A stretch of DNA of 40,191 bases from Gemmatimonadota bacterium (GTDB lineage: Bacteria > Gemmatimonadota > Gemmatimonadetes > Gemmatimonadales > GWC2-71-9), in assembly GCA_039588295.1 (NCBI GenBank), contig JBDHAB010000028.1, positions 1-40,191 on the forward strand. Direction: 5' to 3'. The notes beneath the pieces are model-generated. The model made no database searches. It was not told the DNA's origin and saw nothing but the letters and a program-made list of their open reading frames with translations. Positions 17,744-27,271 of this stretch are shown piece by piece. Within the stretch, counting starts at the first letter, position 1; every line of letters begins with the position of its first letter. A program made the translations under genes and the position numbers.

Positions 17744-19819
17744 TTACTTCACGATCGTGATCTTGCGCGACACGCTCTGGGTCGGCGTCTGCATTTTGAC
17801 GAAATAGACGCCCGAACGCAGCGTCTTCGCATCGAAGCTCACCGAACCCGGACCCGCCGGCTGGGTTGCGTGGTCGATCAGCACGGCCACGCGGCGGCCC
17901 TTGACGTCGTAGACGCCGATGGACACGGTCTCGTCCCGGTCCAGGCTGAAGTCGATGGTGGCCTGCCCGGTGACGGGGTTGGGATACGGTGCGGCCAGCG
18001 CAAAGGCGGGCACCGCCCCCGGCCCGTCCGCGACCGGGGTCGGGTCGGCGTTGCGCATGCCGCTCCACACCAGGCTGTAGTCCTGCGAGGATTCGGCGAG
18101 CGTACCCTTGTGCGTGACGGTGACGGTGTACTCGCCGGCGGGCGCGCTGGCGACGTCGATCTGCTCCACGTTGTCGCTCACGTTGTCGCCCGACGTCGCC
18201 GCGAGGGCTGGGTTGGCGGGGTCGACGATCCACGGCTCGTACGTGATGGCCGCTGTCACGTTGGTCAAGCGGATGTCCAGGTCGTGCACGAGCATCTTGG
18301 TGGGCGGATCGAGGGCGGGCGTCGGCGGCGTGCCGGGCGGATCCGTCCACGCAATGGTCAGGCGCACGTCCTGCGGCATGTCCACGATGAAGTGGTACTC
18401 GTGGACCTCGCCGCTGTTCATGGTCTGCTCGAAGGCCCCGCCAGCATCATACGTCCCCAGATTCAGCAGATCGATCGCACGGTGCGTGTTGAGCAGTCCC
18501 CAGCCGTTCGCGTAGTCGGGTCCGTCCGCCGCTCCCGCTTCGTCAGCCGTGTTGATCACGATTGCCTTGAGCGTCGAGGACCACGGTTTCTTGGCGAACT
18601 GATTCTCGTACTCACCCGCGATCAGGTTGATCGATCCGGACGCATTCGGCGTCGCCATCGACGTGCCGGTGTAAGTGGCGTAGGCAGTGTCGCTGGCGAC
18701 GCCTACGGAGTAGAGTCCCACCCCGTTGGCCACGATGTCGGGCTTGATGCGCCCGTCGTCCGTCGGGCCCCAGCTGGAAAAGGCCGCTTGCACGACGTCG
18801 CTGGGCATCGAGTACCCGCCGGGAATATCGAGCACCGCCCCCACGGTGAGGATGTTCTTCGCATTGCCGATGTAGCTGATGGTGTCGTAGCCGCCGTTCT
18901 GTCCGTCCACACCGTGCACGTCGGTGGCGCTCTCCCAGGTGAAACCGTTCCAATGGAAGTGGCTGCCGCTCCAGGCACCGTCGTTGCGGTCGTTGCCCGC
19001 GGCGACGCAGATCAGGTACTCGGGGGCGTCGTACGCGACCTGGTCGAAAGTCTGCGCTTCGGTATCGTAGTAGCCGAAGCCGTAGTCCTCGACCGTGCTG
19101 ATGGTCAGGTCTCCGTACCAGTACTGTCCCTCCCAGCCCGCCGCGTATCCGTACGAGTGGTTGGACACCTGCAGGCCGCTCGCCCCCGCCGTCGCCATCT
19201 CCGACGTGTCGAAGTTCCAGTCGTACGCGTCGAGCGGTGCCTCGTACGACATCCCGCGCGCGAGGGAATCGACGCCGCCGGCCACCATCGTCCCCGCCAC
19301 GTGCGTGGCGTGGAAGTGGACGCTCGACGGTGAGTCGATGTGCACCGCCCGTCCTCCGAACTCCTGGTGCGTCGTCAGCACGCCGCCGGCGTCCCATATG
19401 GCGAGCGCACCCGCGGGCGTGCCCGCGCCGGTGAGCCCGTAGAAGCCGCCGCCGACGGGCAGCGGCCACACGTCGAAGGTGCGCACCGTCTGGGCCGCGT
19501 CGATGTTGTTGGCCAGGTAGTAGGCGGGCATCCCGTTCTCCCGTATGAACATGAGCTGGAGGTTGGGGTTGCGGTTGAGCGCCTGCTGCGCCGGATCCGT
19601 CGAGCGGAGCAGCGCATGGTAGAGCGGCGTCCGGCGGGCGAGCAGGTCGGCCCGAAGCTGCTGCGAGAGCTTCTGGAGCGCGACCGTATCGGTCTGCCGC
19701 TGGGCGGACGCGGGCGTGCCCAAAGCGCCGATCGCGGCCGCCAGCGCCGCCGCGATCGAGAATGCCCCACCCCAGCGCGGACCGGGGCGATTCCACCAGC
19801 TGCGTGTCGAGGGAGCCAT
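17744..19819 (-). CDS. S8 family (subtilisin-like) serine peptidase with a C-terminal FlgD-Ig/T9SS-like domain
   Basis: Catalytic IWDAGG, HATHVAGT and GTSMATP; AAGND; DGRIKPDI; CTD PYPNPV...YDVKGRRV...SGVYFV; AAGGAG 7 nt before ATG 19819. Confidence 0.92.
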   Translation of the reverse strand: MAPSTRSWWNRPGPRWGGAFSIAAALAAAIGALGTPASAQRQTDTVALQKLSQQLRADLLARRTPLYHALLRSTDPAQQALNRNPNLQLMFIRENGMPAYYLANNIDAAQTVRTFDVWPLPVGGGFYGLTGAGTPAGALAIWDAGGVLTTHQEFGGRAVHIDSPSSVHFHATHVAGTMVAGGVDSLARGMSYEAPLDAYDWNFDTSEMATAGASGLQVSNHSYGYAAGWEGQYWYGDLTISTVEDYGFGYYDTEAQTFDQVAYDAPEYLICVAAGNDRNDGAWSGSHFHWNGFTWESATDVHGVDGQNGGYDTISYIGNAKNILTVGAVLDIPGGYSMPSDVVQAAFSSWGPTDDGRIKPDIVANGVGLYSVGVASDTAYATYTGTSMATPNASGSINLIAGEYENQFAKKPWSSTLKAIVINTADEAGAADGPDYANGWGLLNTHRAIDLLNLGTYDAGGAFEQTMNSGEVHEYHFIVDMPQDVRLTIAWTDPPGTPPTPALDPPTKMLVHDLDIRLTNVTAAITYEPWIVDPANPALAATSGDNVSDNVEQIDVASAPAGEYTVTVTHKGTLAESSQDYSLVWSGMRNADPTPVADGPGAVPAFALAAPYPNPVTGQATIDFSLDRDETVSIGVYDVKGRRVAVLIDHATQPAGPGSVSFDAKTLRSGVYFVKMQTPTQSVSRKITIVK

Positions 19820-19883
19820 CGTCATTCTCCTTGGCGGTTCGAGGGACGGCAGGACGCCGCCCCGTCGGGCTGCGCAGAACACA

Positions 19884-19978
19884 ATTCTACCATATCGAAG
19901 GTGTCTTTGCCAGACGCCGAGCGGCATGCCGGATGCAGTGGCCAGCATCTGGACAGTCGACGTCGACGGGAGTATACT
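19884..19978. promoter_or_regulatory. Divergent sigma70-like promoter pair
   Basis: Minus strand TGGCAA-N17-TAGAAT (19912-19884); plus strand TGGACA-N17-TATACT (19950-19978). Confidence 0.45.
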
Positions 19979-20118
19979 CTCCACAGGCGCGCCGGCCCGC
20001 CGGAGGGCGGTGCGGCTGCAGCTCCCCCCCATCGCAAGCCCTCCGCCGCGCCCCCCCGACCGCCGGCCCCGACGGAGTGTCCATGCGGACATGACTCTTT
20101 CCTCGCGAGGTGACCGTG

Positions 20119-20538
20119 ATGAAGTTCCTATCGTTTGCCGTCGCGTGCGCGCTCCTGCTCGTGAACGCGTGCTCGGAGAAGGAGGAGGCGGTCAGCCCAC
20201 AGGCAAGCTTCCCCACAGCCACGCTCGAGGACAACCGGGAGATTCCCAACTCCGACGTGACGTACTACATGGCCTGGGGGCTTTTTGAACACGAAAAGCC
20301 CGCCCCCGAAGGGGAGGCCCTGCTCCGGGATATCGTGCGCGCGGGAATCCCGCTCGAGGACGCGTGGTTTCCCAACGAGCAGACGCCGTGCATGGCTCCG
20401 GGTGCGGTGACCGTCGCCGTGGTCGAGTTGTCGAAGCCCGATGCGAGGATTCTCGATCTCGGGTTCATAGCCGATCCCGAGGCGTGGTGGATCATCAACT
20501 GCGGCGTCCCCAGTCTGTGGCACTACGCGTTCGAGTAA
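20119..20538 (+). CDS. Hypothetical lipoprotein
   Basis: MKFLSFAVACALLLVNA-C lipobox-like signal; GAGGTG RBS. Confidence 0.7.
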   Translation: MKFLSFAVACALLLVNACSEKEEAVSPQASFPTATLEDNREIPNSDVTYYMAWGLFEHEKPAPEGEALLRDIVRAGIPLEDAWFPNEQTPCMAPGAVTVAVVELSKPDARILDLGFIADPEAWWIINCGVPSLWHYAFE

Positions 20539-20542
20539 GGAG

Positions 20543-21151
20543 ATGGCGGCGCTCGTCTGTGCGTTGGTGCTTATGGCCTCCGCACCCGGCCCGACAGCGG
20601 GTGCGGCTTGGAGCGTGTACACGGACAGGGAGCAGGGGTTCGAGCTGCGGTATCCGGATAGCCTGCTCAGCGTGACGAAGATCGGCAGGACTGTTCTCTT
20701 CGAGCACGCAATCCCCTTCGAACATGTCGATCCATGTGATTTCGACGATGACGTGGCTACCTTGAGTAACCTGGTCGATTTCAGCGTGGCCATCGAGCTT
20801 TGGCGCCAAGGCTTGGGCGAGACCGTGGAGTCGACCGCAACCGACTTCGTTACCACTCGATTCTTGAAAGACGGCAAGTTGCAGGTCAACCCCGGTTTCA
20901 TCGACGAGGTGTGCATTGGAGCGCGGGATGGATTCCGTGTCACCTCTGGTGTGGAAGGTTGCGGGCAGAGCGAGTACTATATCCCCATCGATAGCTGTGT
21001 AACGTTGTACGTCAGGCGCAAGTTCATCACCGAGTTCGATCCAATCCTGAGGGACTATGAGCGTCACCTGGCGCTTCCGGGTATCATCGCCCCGAAGAAG
21101 GAAGGCGAGATACTGGAAGAGATGATCGCTTCGTTTGATCTGCTGCCATGA
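20543..21151 (+). CDS. Hypothetical exported protein
   Basis: Hydrophobic N-terminus; W..YTD...GFELRYP and terminal MIASF resemble PsbP-like exported proteins. Confidence 0.6.
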   Translation: MAALVCALVLMASAPGPTAGAAWSVYTDREQGFELRYPDSLLSVTKIGRTVLFEHAIPFEHVDPCDFDDDVATLSNLVDFSVAIELWRQGLGETVESTATDFVTTRFLKDGKLQVNPGFIDEVCIGARDGFRVTSGVEGCGQSEYYIPIDSCVTLYVRRKFITEFDPILRDYERHLALPGIIAPKKEGEILEEMIASFDLLP

Positions 21152-21609
21152 CGCCGACCGCTCCACCCAGACGGCCGCTGCCGCCGACCTATTTCCTGGT
21201 CGCGCTCCTCGCCATGGCGGCGCTTCACCTGTTCGTGCCGGGTCCGCGACTGATCGGGTCCTTGTGGCGGCTCGCCGGGGTGGCGCTGATCGCGATCGGG
21301 ATCGGTCTCAACGTCTGGGCCGACGGGCTCTTCAAGGCGCACGGGACCGAGGTCAAGCCCTTCCGCGAATCCAGCGCGCTGGTGATCGAGGGGCCGTTCC
21401 GGTTCAGCCGCAATCCCATGTACGCCGGGCTGCTCGCCGTGCTCGGCGGCGCCGCCGTACTCGCCGGCACACTGACCCCGTTCCTCGTCGTGATCGTCAT
21501 GGTGTGGCTGCTAACGGCGAACTTCGTGATCCCCGAGGAGCGCCACATGGAGGAGCAGTTCGGCGAACCCTACCGCGCGTACAAGTCGCGTGTGAGAAGG
21601 TGGTTGTAG
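21148..21609 (+). CDS. Isoprenylcysteine carboxyl methyltransferase / PEMT family membrane protein
   Basis: LVIEGPFRFSRNPMY, EERHMEEQFGEPYRAYKSRVRRWL. Confidence 0.9.
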   Translation: MTPTAPPRRPLPPTYFLVALLAMAALHLFVPGPRLIGSLWRLAGVALIAIGIGLNVWADGLFKAHGTEVKPFRESSALVIEGPFRFSRNPMYAGLLAVLGGAAVLAGTLTPFLVVIVMVWLLTANFVIPEERHMEEQFGEPYRAYKSRVRRWL

Positions 21610-21658
21610 TCGAAGAACAGCGGATGAGACGGGGGAGACGATTCAAGAGGGAGGACAC

Positions 21659-21865
21659 ATGAAGAACACCACAGAGCTCGTGCGAACCGCACTCCTGTTG
21701 GCGGGCGCGGCGATCATCGTCATTGCCGCCGTGCTCACGCTCCGAAACCTCACGGATCGCACGGTCTTGACGGTGCTCGTGCCGGGTGTGGTCGTCGGCC
21801 TCATTCTGATCGGCGGGTACGTGGCAGTCGGCCGGGCGCACCGCGAAGAAAAGCCAGCGAAATGA
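21659..21865 (+). CDS. Small two-TM hypothetical protein
   Basis: GGAGGA RBS; two hydrophobic helices. Confidence 0.65.
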   Translation: MKNTTELVRTALLLAGAAIIVIAAVLTLRNLTDRTVLTVLVPGVVVGLILIGGYVAVGRAHREEKPAK

Positions 21866-21889
21866 GCCGAGCGCGGCCCGCGCGTGCGC

Positions 21890-22891
21890 TCAGGACGCGC
21901 CGTTCGCACGCCGCAGCGCCATGACCGTCAGGTCATCTGCGCGCTTGGCATCTCCGAGGAACGCTTCCAGATCCCCTCGCACCGCCTGCACCAGCTGCCG
22001 TGCGCCGGCCGCGTGCGAGGAGCGCCGCGAGAGCAACTGCTCGATGCGCGTCTGCCCGTACTCGTCGCCGTCGAAACGCTCCGCCTCCGTGAGCCCGTCG
22101 GTGTAGAGGAGCAGCGCCTCGTCGTCGCGCAGCTCCATGCACGTCACCTCGTACGGCCGGTCCGACACGATGCCGACGGGGAATCCCGTCGGCGCCAGCG
22201 CTTCCACCTCACCCCCACGGACCACCAGCGGCGGGCAGTGTCCCGCGTTGACGATCTCGACCTCGCCGCCCGCGCCCGCGCGGCCGAACGCGAGCGTGGC
22301 GTAGTGCGTGGGAATGGTGGCTCGCACAAGCTGCTCGTTTACGCGCGCCACCAGTTCGGCGAGCGGCAGGCCCGCGCCGACGAGCGACCGGAACGACGCC
22401 TGCAGGTGCGCCATGAGCAGCGACGCGGCCACGCCCTTGCCCGCGACGTCGCCCACGGCGAAGTAGACCGTCTCCGGATCGTCCGGCTGCCGCCACAAGT
22501 CGCAGTAGTCGCCGCTCACCACGCCGGCCGGCTCGTAGTGGTAGGACGCCTCCCAGCCCGCCGCGCGCAGCCGCGGATCGGGAAGCAGGCCAGCCTGGAT
22601 GCGTCGCGCCAGCTCGAGGTCCTGCTCGAGGGCGCGCTGCTGCTCGCGCGTGAGGGTGCAGAGACAGTACTGGAGAAGGGGGTTGTGCCGGAGCTCTTCG
22701 TCGTCGACGTGCTCGTCGCACACGAGGCAGCGCCCGTAGTCGGCCGTGCCGAGCTTGTCGAGCGCGGAATCCACCTGCAGCAGCAGGCCCACGAGGTGCG
22801 GCTCGGACCCGTCGTTCGAGATCGCGGTCCGAAGACGCGTCTGCCGATCTTCGAGCTGCCGCCGCAGCACTTGCAGAGTAGCCGTTTTCAT
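21890..22891 (-). CDS. SpoIIE/PP2C phosphatase with an N-terminal DksA/TraR-like zinc finger
   Basis: ARRIQAGLLP, SGDYCD, GDVAGKG, NAGH, LYTDGLTE, DDLT; N-terminal ALDKL...YGRCLVC-x17-CLC. Confidence 0.9.
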   Translation of the reverse strand: MKTATLQVLRRQLEDRQTRLRTAISNDGSEPHLVGLLLQVDSALDKLGTADYGRCLVCDEHVDDEELRHNPLLQYCLCTLTREQQRALEQDLELARRIQAGLLPDPRLRAAGWEASYHYEPAGVVSGDYCDLWRQPDDPETVYFAVGDVAGKGVAASLLMAHLQASFRSLVGAGLPLAELVARVNEQLVRATIPTHYATLAFGRAGAGGEVEIVNAGHCPPLVVRGGEVEALAPTGFPVGIVSDRPYEVTCMELRDDEALLLYTDGLTEAERFDGDEYGQTRIEQLLSRRSSHAAGARQLVQAVRGDLEAFLGDAKRADDLTVMALRRANGAS

Positions 22892-22928
22892 AGCCAACAT
22901 CCTTCCCGGGCCGCCGGCCGATACGCCG

Positions 22929-23402
22929 TCATTTCGGCGCGGCCACCGCAGCCTTCCTGAGGAGCGAGACCTGTCCCGCGTGGTAGAGCACGTGTTGCAA
23001 CTCGCCGATGAGCATAGCGTACCAGGTCTGGTCCATGCCCGGCCGCCGTTCCTGCATGCGCTCGACGGGGAACCGGGCGAGCGTCTCGCGCAGCGAGCGC
23101 GCCGTTACGAATAGGCGCTCCACCGTCGCCTGCCACGCCGACTCCCCCTCTAGCGCCGGGCGCGGCCAATCCTCCGCGTCCGACACCTCCGGCGAATCCC
23201 CCTGCAGGCGGCGCCGCACCACGTCCTGCCACGTGGTGACGTGCAGGACGATCTCCGCGATGTTGTGCGCCCCCGCGACCGGCCGCTCCAGGGCCTCCTC
23301 GCGCGTCACCCCCGCCAGCAGCTCCCGCCAGGACGGCCCGTGCCAGGCCCCTCCGTTCAGGGCTTTCTCCAGTTCCTTTGCCAGCCGTTCGCTCTCGTTC
23401 AT
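22929..23402 (-). CDS. DinB family protein
   Basis: GGAWHGPS, HNIAEIVLH, QHVLYHAGQV. Confidence 0.88.
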   Translation of the reverse strand: MNESERLAKELEKALNGGAWHGPSWRELLAGVTREEALERPVAGAHNIAEIVLHVTTWQDVVRRRLQGDSPEVSDAEDWPRPALEGESAWQATVERLFVTARSLRETLARFPVERMQERRPGMDQTWYAMLIGELQHVLYHAGQVSLLRKAAVAAPK

Positions 23403-23490
23403 TTTCCCACCTCCGTCTTGGCCCGAATCGCGCCCCTCGAGGCCGGCGCCCTTTCGCTGTCTCTCTCCATTGACTATAATAAAAACGGCT

Positions 23491-23527
23491 TGATCTAACC
23501 TGTCAATAGTGTTTTACTGGTTAGTCA
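23491..23527. promoter_or_regulatory. Inverted-repeat operator candidate between dinB and the CGNR regulator
   Basis: TGAtCTAACCtGT-N12-ACtGGTTAGTCA in an AT-rich divergent intergenic region. Confidence 0.55.
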
Positions 23528-23567
23528 GCGACCGCCCCCGCGGGCGGCCCCGGAGGCAGCAGATTCC

Positions 23568-24209
23568 ATGGTAACCCCTTTCGAAAGCCCCTGGCCGGGC
23601 GCCGGCACCGGCGGCTCGACCGCCCTCGAATTCGCCAACACGCTCGATTGGCGCCGGCGCGAACCGCCCGAGGAGAAGCTCCACGCTTTCACGGACCTGC
23701 TGCGCTGGGCCCGGACCGCCGGCGTGCTCGAACCCGCCGAGGCGCGGGCGCTCCGCGCCTGGGGCGAGGCCCACCCCCGCGCGGCCGCCAAGGCGCTGGC
23801 CCGCGCCATCGAGGTGCGCGAGGCCATCGCCGCCGTCTTCCTGGCCCTCTCCTGCGGAGAGGCGCCGCCGGCCGGTCCCCTTGCGCGCCTCGACGCTGCC
23901 TACCGGGCCGCGGCGGCCGCGCGCACCCTGCGCCGCACCGGCGGCGCCGTCGCCTGGACCTGGCGCGGCACCACCCCCGCCCCCGACCGCCCCGCCTGGG
24001 CCGCCGCCCTGGACGCCGGGCGCATCATCACGTCAGACGCGTACCAGCGGGTGCGCCAGTGCTGCGACGACGAGTGCGGCTGGCTCTTCCTCGATATCTC
24101 GCGCAACCGCAGCCGCCGTTGGTGTAGCATGGAAACGTGCGGGAACCGCAACAAGGTCCGCACCTTCTACCGGCGCGCCAAGAAGCACGCACACGGAGGG
24201 ACGTGTTGA
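23568..24209 (+). CDS. ABATE / CGNR zinc finger domain putative transcription regulator
   Basis: ALEFANT N-terminal motif; RQC...C.WLFLDISRNRSRRWCSMETCGNRNK. Confidence 0.93.
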   Translation: MVTPFESPWPGAGTGGSTALEFANTLDWRRREPPEEKLHAFTDLLRWARTAGVLEPAEARALRAWGEAHPRAAAKALARAIEVREAIAAVFLALSCGEAPPAGPLARLDAAYRAAAAARTLRRTGGAVAWTWRGTTPAPDRPAWAAALDAGRIITSDAYQRVRQCCDDECGWLFLDISRNRSRRWCSMETCGNRNKVRTFYRRAKKHAHGGTC

Positions 24210-24874
24210 TGATTACGCTCATCGTCATTGTGATCGCGTTCATGTTCGGGGGATGCGCGTCGAGCGGCGGAGAGGTGACCGTCACGAAGTCGCCCGGTGT
24301 GGATGCGATTCCCACCGCCATCGGTGTCTATCCCCTGCTGAGCACCGAGCCCAAGGATCCCCGCTTTGTGCCGATTCCTTTCAGCTCGACGTCTCGTGAG
24401 GACGGCGTATACATCGCCCCGCCGACCGATTCGAAACTGGTGCTCACGCTGCAGAGCCAGATGGTCACGAATCTGCTCGGCGCGGAGCTATCGTACCGCG
24501 GCTTCGCCCTGAAGGAGGTACCCGTAGAAACCCCGCGGGACAAGGTGGGCGGAGAAGGAGAAAAGCACACGTTCTATGTCAGCCTGGCGCTCCTGGATCG
24601 TTTGCGTGAGAGCTACGACCTTCGCGCGCTGCTCCTCGGAAACGTCTACTTCGTTCCGAACCGGTACGATCCGGCGGAGTTTCTCGTGAGGGCGGCATAC
24701 CTGCGGGTTATCGACGTCACGACGCTGGACGTGTTGTGCCACGTCTCCCTGAACAACGGTTCATACGGCGCGACCATGGAGGAAACCGTGCAGCAGCTCG
24801 CCCTCGAGTTGGCCGCGATGGCGGGGACCGACGTTTCGGTCCCGGACCGTGATGAACCGCCCCGGGCCGAATAG
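24209..24874 (+). CDS. Hypothetical lipoprotein
   Basis: MITLIVIVIAFMFGG-C lipobox-like signal; TGATG coupling to the CGNR gene. Confidence 0.7.
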   Translation: MITLIVIVIAFMFGGCASSGGEVTVTKSPGVDAIPTAIGVYPLLSTEPKDPRFVPIPFSSTSREDGVYIAPPTDSKLVLTLQSQMVTNLLGAELSYRGFALKEVPVETPRDKVGGEGEKHTFYVSLALLDRLRESYDLRALLLGNVYFVPNRYDPAEFLVRAAYLRVIDVTTLDVLCHVSLNNGSYGATMEETVQQLALELAAMAGTDVSVPDRDEPPRAE

Positions 24875-24905
24875 AGGGCAAGAGCCATTTCCTGAGGAGG
24901 AGAGC

Positions 24906-25109
24906 ATGTGGGAATACTTTGATACGCGTGCAAGAAGGCTCGGTATTCTCGATACGAAACTGGCTCAAGCGGCAGCGATCTGCTTTGCTCTCGTCATCGT
25001 GAAGCTCGTTCCGCAGATCATGCAGTTGAGCATCTGGTGGTTCGTTGCGCTCGCGATCTTGTGTGCGATTCGCCCGCTCATGACTTTCTACGGTAGCAAA
25101 GCGACGTAG
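24906..25109 (+). CDS. Small membrane protein
   Basis: GAGGAGG RBS; MWEYFDTRARRLGILDTKL followed by two TM helices. Confidence 0.7.
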   Translation: MWEYFDTRARRLGILDTKLAQAAAICFALVIVKLVPQIMQLSIWWFVALAILCAIRPLMTFYGSKAT

Positions 25110-25134
25110 GCAGTAACCCGAGGAGTTATGAAAT

Positions 25135-25506
25135 ATGTCTGGAACCAACGAATCCACGGCGCTCTCGTCGCGAGAAGCGCGTAAGTGGGCGATGATCTGT
25201 CATATCATCGCTCTGGTTGGGTTGCTGGCCAACGGTGTGGGCTACCTCCTGGGCCCATTGATCGTCTGGTTGCTCAAGAAGGAAGATGACCCCTTCATCG
25301 ACGAGCAGGGTAAGGAGGCGGTCAACTTCCAGATTACGATGTTCATCGCACTCTTCGCGGGCGCTCTCCTGCTCGTGATTGGCATTGGGCTCGTCCTGCT
25401 CATCGCGGTTGGGATCTTGATGACGGTGTTCCCGATCATTGCCGCGGTGAAGGCGAACGAGGGAGAACACTACCGGTACCCTCTGTCCTATCGTTTCTTA
25501 AAGTGA
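25135..25506 (+). CDS. DUF4870 (Tic20-like) membrane protein
   Basis: WAMICH, GPLIVWLLKK, QGKEAVNFQIT, KANEGEHYRYP. Confidence 0.9.
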   Translation: MSGTNESTALSSREARKWAMICHIIALVGLLANGVGYLLGPLIVWLLKKEDDPFIDEQGKEAVNFQITMFIALFAGALLLVIGIGLVLLIAVGILMTVFPIIAAVKANEGEHYRYPLSYRFLK

Positions 25507-25524
25507 TCTGGCAAGACACCGGCA

Positions 25525-26196
25525 ATGTTCGAGCGCCAACTCCAGCATTACCTCGGCCTCGCTCTGCTTCTCGTCGGAGTGTGGCGAGCGACCGACGTCT
25601 TCCCCGGTGTGCTCGCCGGCGAGCTCTGGGGCGTCTCGACCGCAACGTGGCTGGCCGTCGCCATCCTGGTTGCCATCGTGCACCAGTTCTACGTCTGGCT
25701 GGTCTGGCGGGCGGAGCTCCACCACGCGGCCATCAGCAGGCGGCTCGGCAGGGAGCGGGGCTTCACGCTCCATAGTGTCTGTTTTGCCATCCTCATCGTC
25801 GCGCGCCTGGTCGTGATCATCATTCTCGCCGTGTCCAATGCCAACACGCTCGGCCTGAGCCCGACCATTGCATACGCGCTGGCGATCGTGCTGTATCTCC
25901 CGGCGCTCTACACGATGATTTCGATCCACAAGTACTTCGGTGTGAAGCGCGCTTTCGGGATCGACCACTTCGATCCCGCCTATCGCGACGTGCCGTTCGT
26001 CAGAGAGGGCATCTTCCGATTCAGCGCTAACGCCATGTACACCTTCGGCATTCTCCTGTTCTGGCTCCCCGGGCTCGTTCTCCTGTCTCAGGCGGCACTG
26101 GTGGCCGCCATCTTCACTCACCTCTACATATGGGTGCACTACGAAACGACGGAGCTGCCGGACATCCGGCGCATCTATGGGCGATCGGCGCAATGA
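25525..26196 (+). CDS. PEMT/PEM2-like phospholipid methyltransferase family membrane protein
   Basis: Multi-TM; RAFGIDHF, FVREGIFRFSANAMY, TELPDIRRIY. Confidence 0.8.
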   Translation: MFERQLQHYLGLALLLVGVWRATDVFPGVLAGELWGVSTATWLAVAILVAIVHQFYVWLVWRAELHHAAISRRLGRERGFTLHSVCFAILIVARLVVIIILAVSNANTLGLSPTIAYALAIVLYLPALYTMISIHKYFGVKRAFGIDHFDPAYRDVPFVREGIFRFSANAMYTFGILLFWLPGLVLLSQAALVAAIFTHLYIWVHYETTELPDIRRIYGRSAQ

Positions 26197-26231
26197 CCAT
26201 CGACGCCGCGCCAGACGGGCACAAACCAACT

Positions 26232-27089
26232 TCATGCCTTGCGAAAATGCACTGGGTCTCGGAGGTTCTGCAATTCCCGGTAGTAATACAGGGCGGTGGG
26301 GCGTTTTCCCTTGAACCGCAGCTTCTTTAGAAACCGGACTTCCTCCTCGGTGGCATTGCCGCTCAGGGAAGGGTCACGAAGGAATTCTTTGAGCCCCAGC
26401 TCTTCCTCGGACGGCTCGTTGGGTTCGCTTTCCACAAACTCGAGTCTCCTGGCGTACCCGGGGGCCAGTCTCCGGCTCAGCACGATGTCCATCGCAAAAG
26501 TAGTCAGATCGATATGCCAGGATTCGATCAGAGGACCCAGGAACGAAAGACAGTCTTTCGGCGATAAGTTGAAGACGTCCGTATCCAGGAACTCGAGGAT
26601 TATGACGCGGAACTCTTCATAGCTGTGGCCGCTGAGTTTAGCCGCCAGGCGGAGCCAGTTTTCGTTTTCCAATTCTTTTCTAACGAGCTGCTTGACGACG
26701 TCCAAAAGCTTTTGTGTGACGAGCCGTTCGAGTTCGCCGAAGGGCTGCTTCTCAAAGATCGCACGTATCGCCTTTTCTTCCTCGGGTGGGCACTTGTGGA
26801 GGATCAACTCTCGAATCTCTCCGAACAACGGGGTGGGTGGGTCCCTCAGTTTTTTTAGCAACTCCTCCTTGCGCTGGAGGCCGGCGAGCGCTGACAACTG
26901 ATCGCTCGGGAGCTTCAAAAACGCCGCCATTCTCTCATAGATATCGGTGTGGTCGGGCGCCGGGGGCATCTTCTTGCGCGTCAATAGCTGCGAGATATAC
27001 GACTCCGTAACGTTTGCCGCCGCCGCGAGTTCCTTCTGCTGGAGCCCCAGTTCTCCCAGCCGCTGTCGGATCAAGAAACAGACATCCAT
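26232..27089 (-). CDS. XRE-family HTH transcriptional regulator
   Basis: N-terminal LGLQQKELAAAANVTESYISQLL HTH followed by a long uncharacterised C-terminal region. Confidence 0.85.
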   Translation of the reverse strand: MDVCFLIRQRLGELGLQQKELAAAANVTESYISQLLTRKKMPPAPDHTDIYERMAAFLKLPSDQLSALAGLQRKEELLKKLRDPPTPLFGEIRELILHKCPPEEEKAIRAIFEKQPFGELERLVTQKLLDVVKQLVRKELENENWLRLAAKLSGHSYEEFRVIILEFLDTDVFNLSPKDCLSFLGPLIESWHIDLTTFAMDIVLSRRLAPGYARRLEFVESEPNEPSEEELGLKEFLRDPSLSGNATEEEVRFLKKLRFKGKRPTALYYYRELQNLRDPVHFRKA

Positions 27090-27148
27090 TAGGAGGCACC
27101 TCCACTTAACTGTACTCGATTAACTACAAAAATAGTATCATTCTTAGC

Positions 27149-27184
27149 TTGACACGGAAAGCTAATTAACTTAGCTTAGTTAAT
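27149..27184 (+). promoter_or_regulatory. Sigma70 promoter with overlapping palindromic operator
   Basis: TTGACA(27149-54)-N17-TAGCTT; palindromes AAGCTAA-N5-TTAGCTT (27159-77) and ATTAACT-N6-AGTTAAT (27165-84). Confidence 0.6.
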
Positions 27185-27271
27185 AAGAGAGGCGTAACCC
27201 AGATCATCTGAACCAACGGAAGTTATCTGGATCGGCCCTCAGCATAAGAGACAAACGCAAGGAGACTTAAC

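Noticed and set aside
19820..20092. Upstream extension of the S8 peptidase ORF
   Set aside because: The RBS, signal peptide and promoter-like elements indicate a start at 19819; the extension spans the divergent promoter region.
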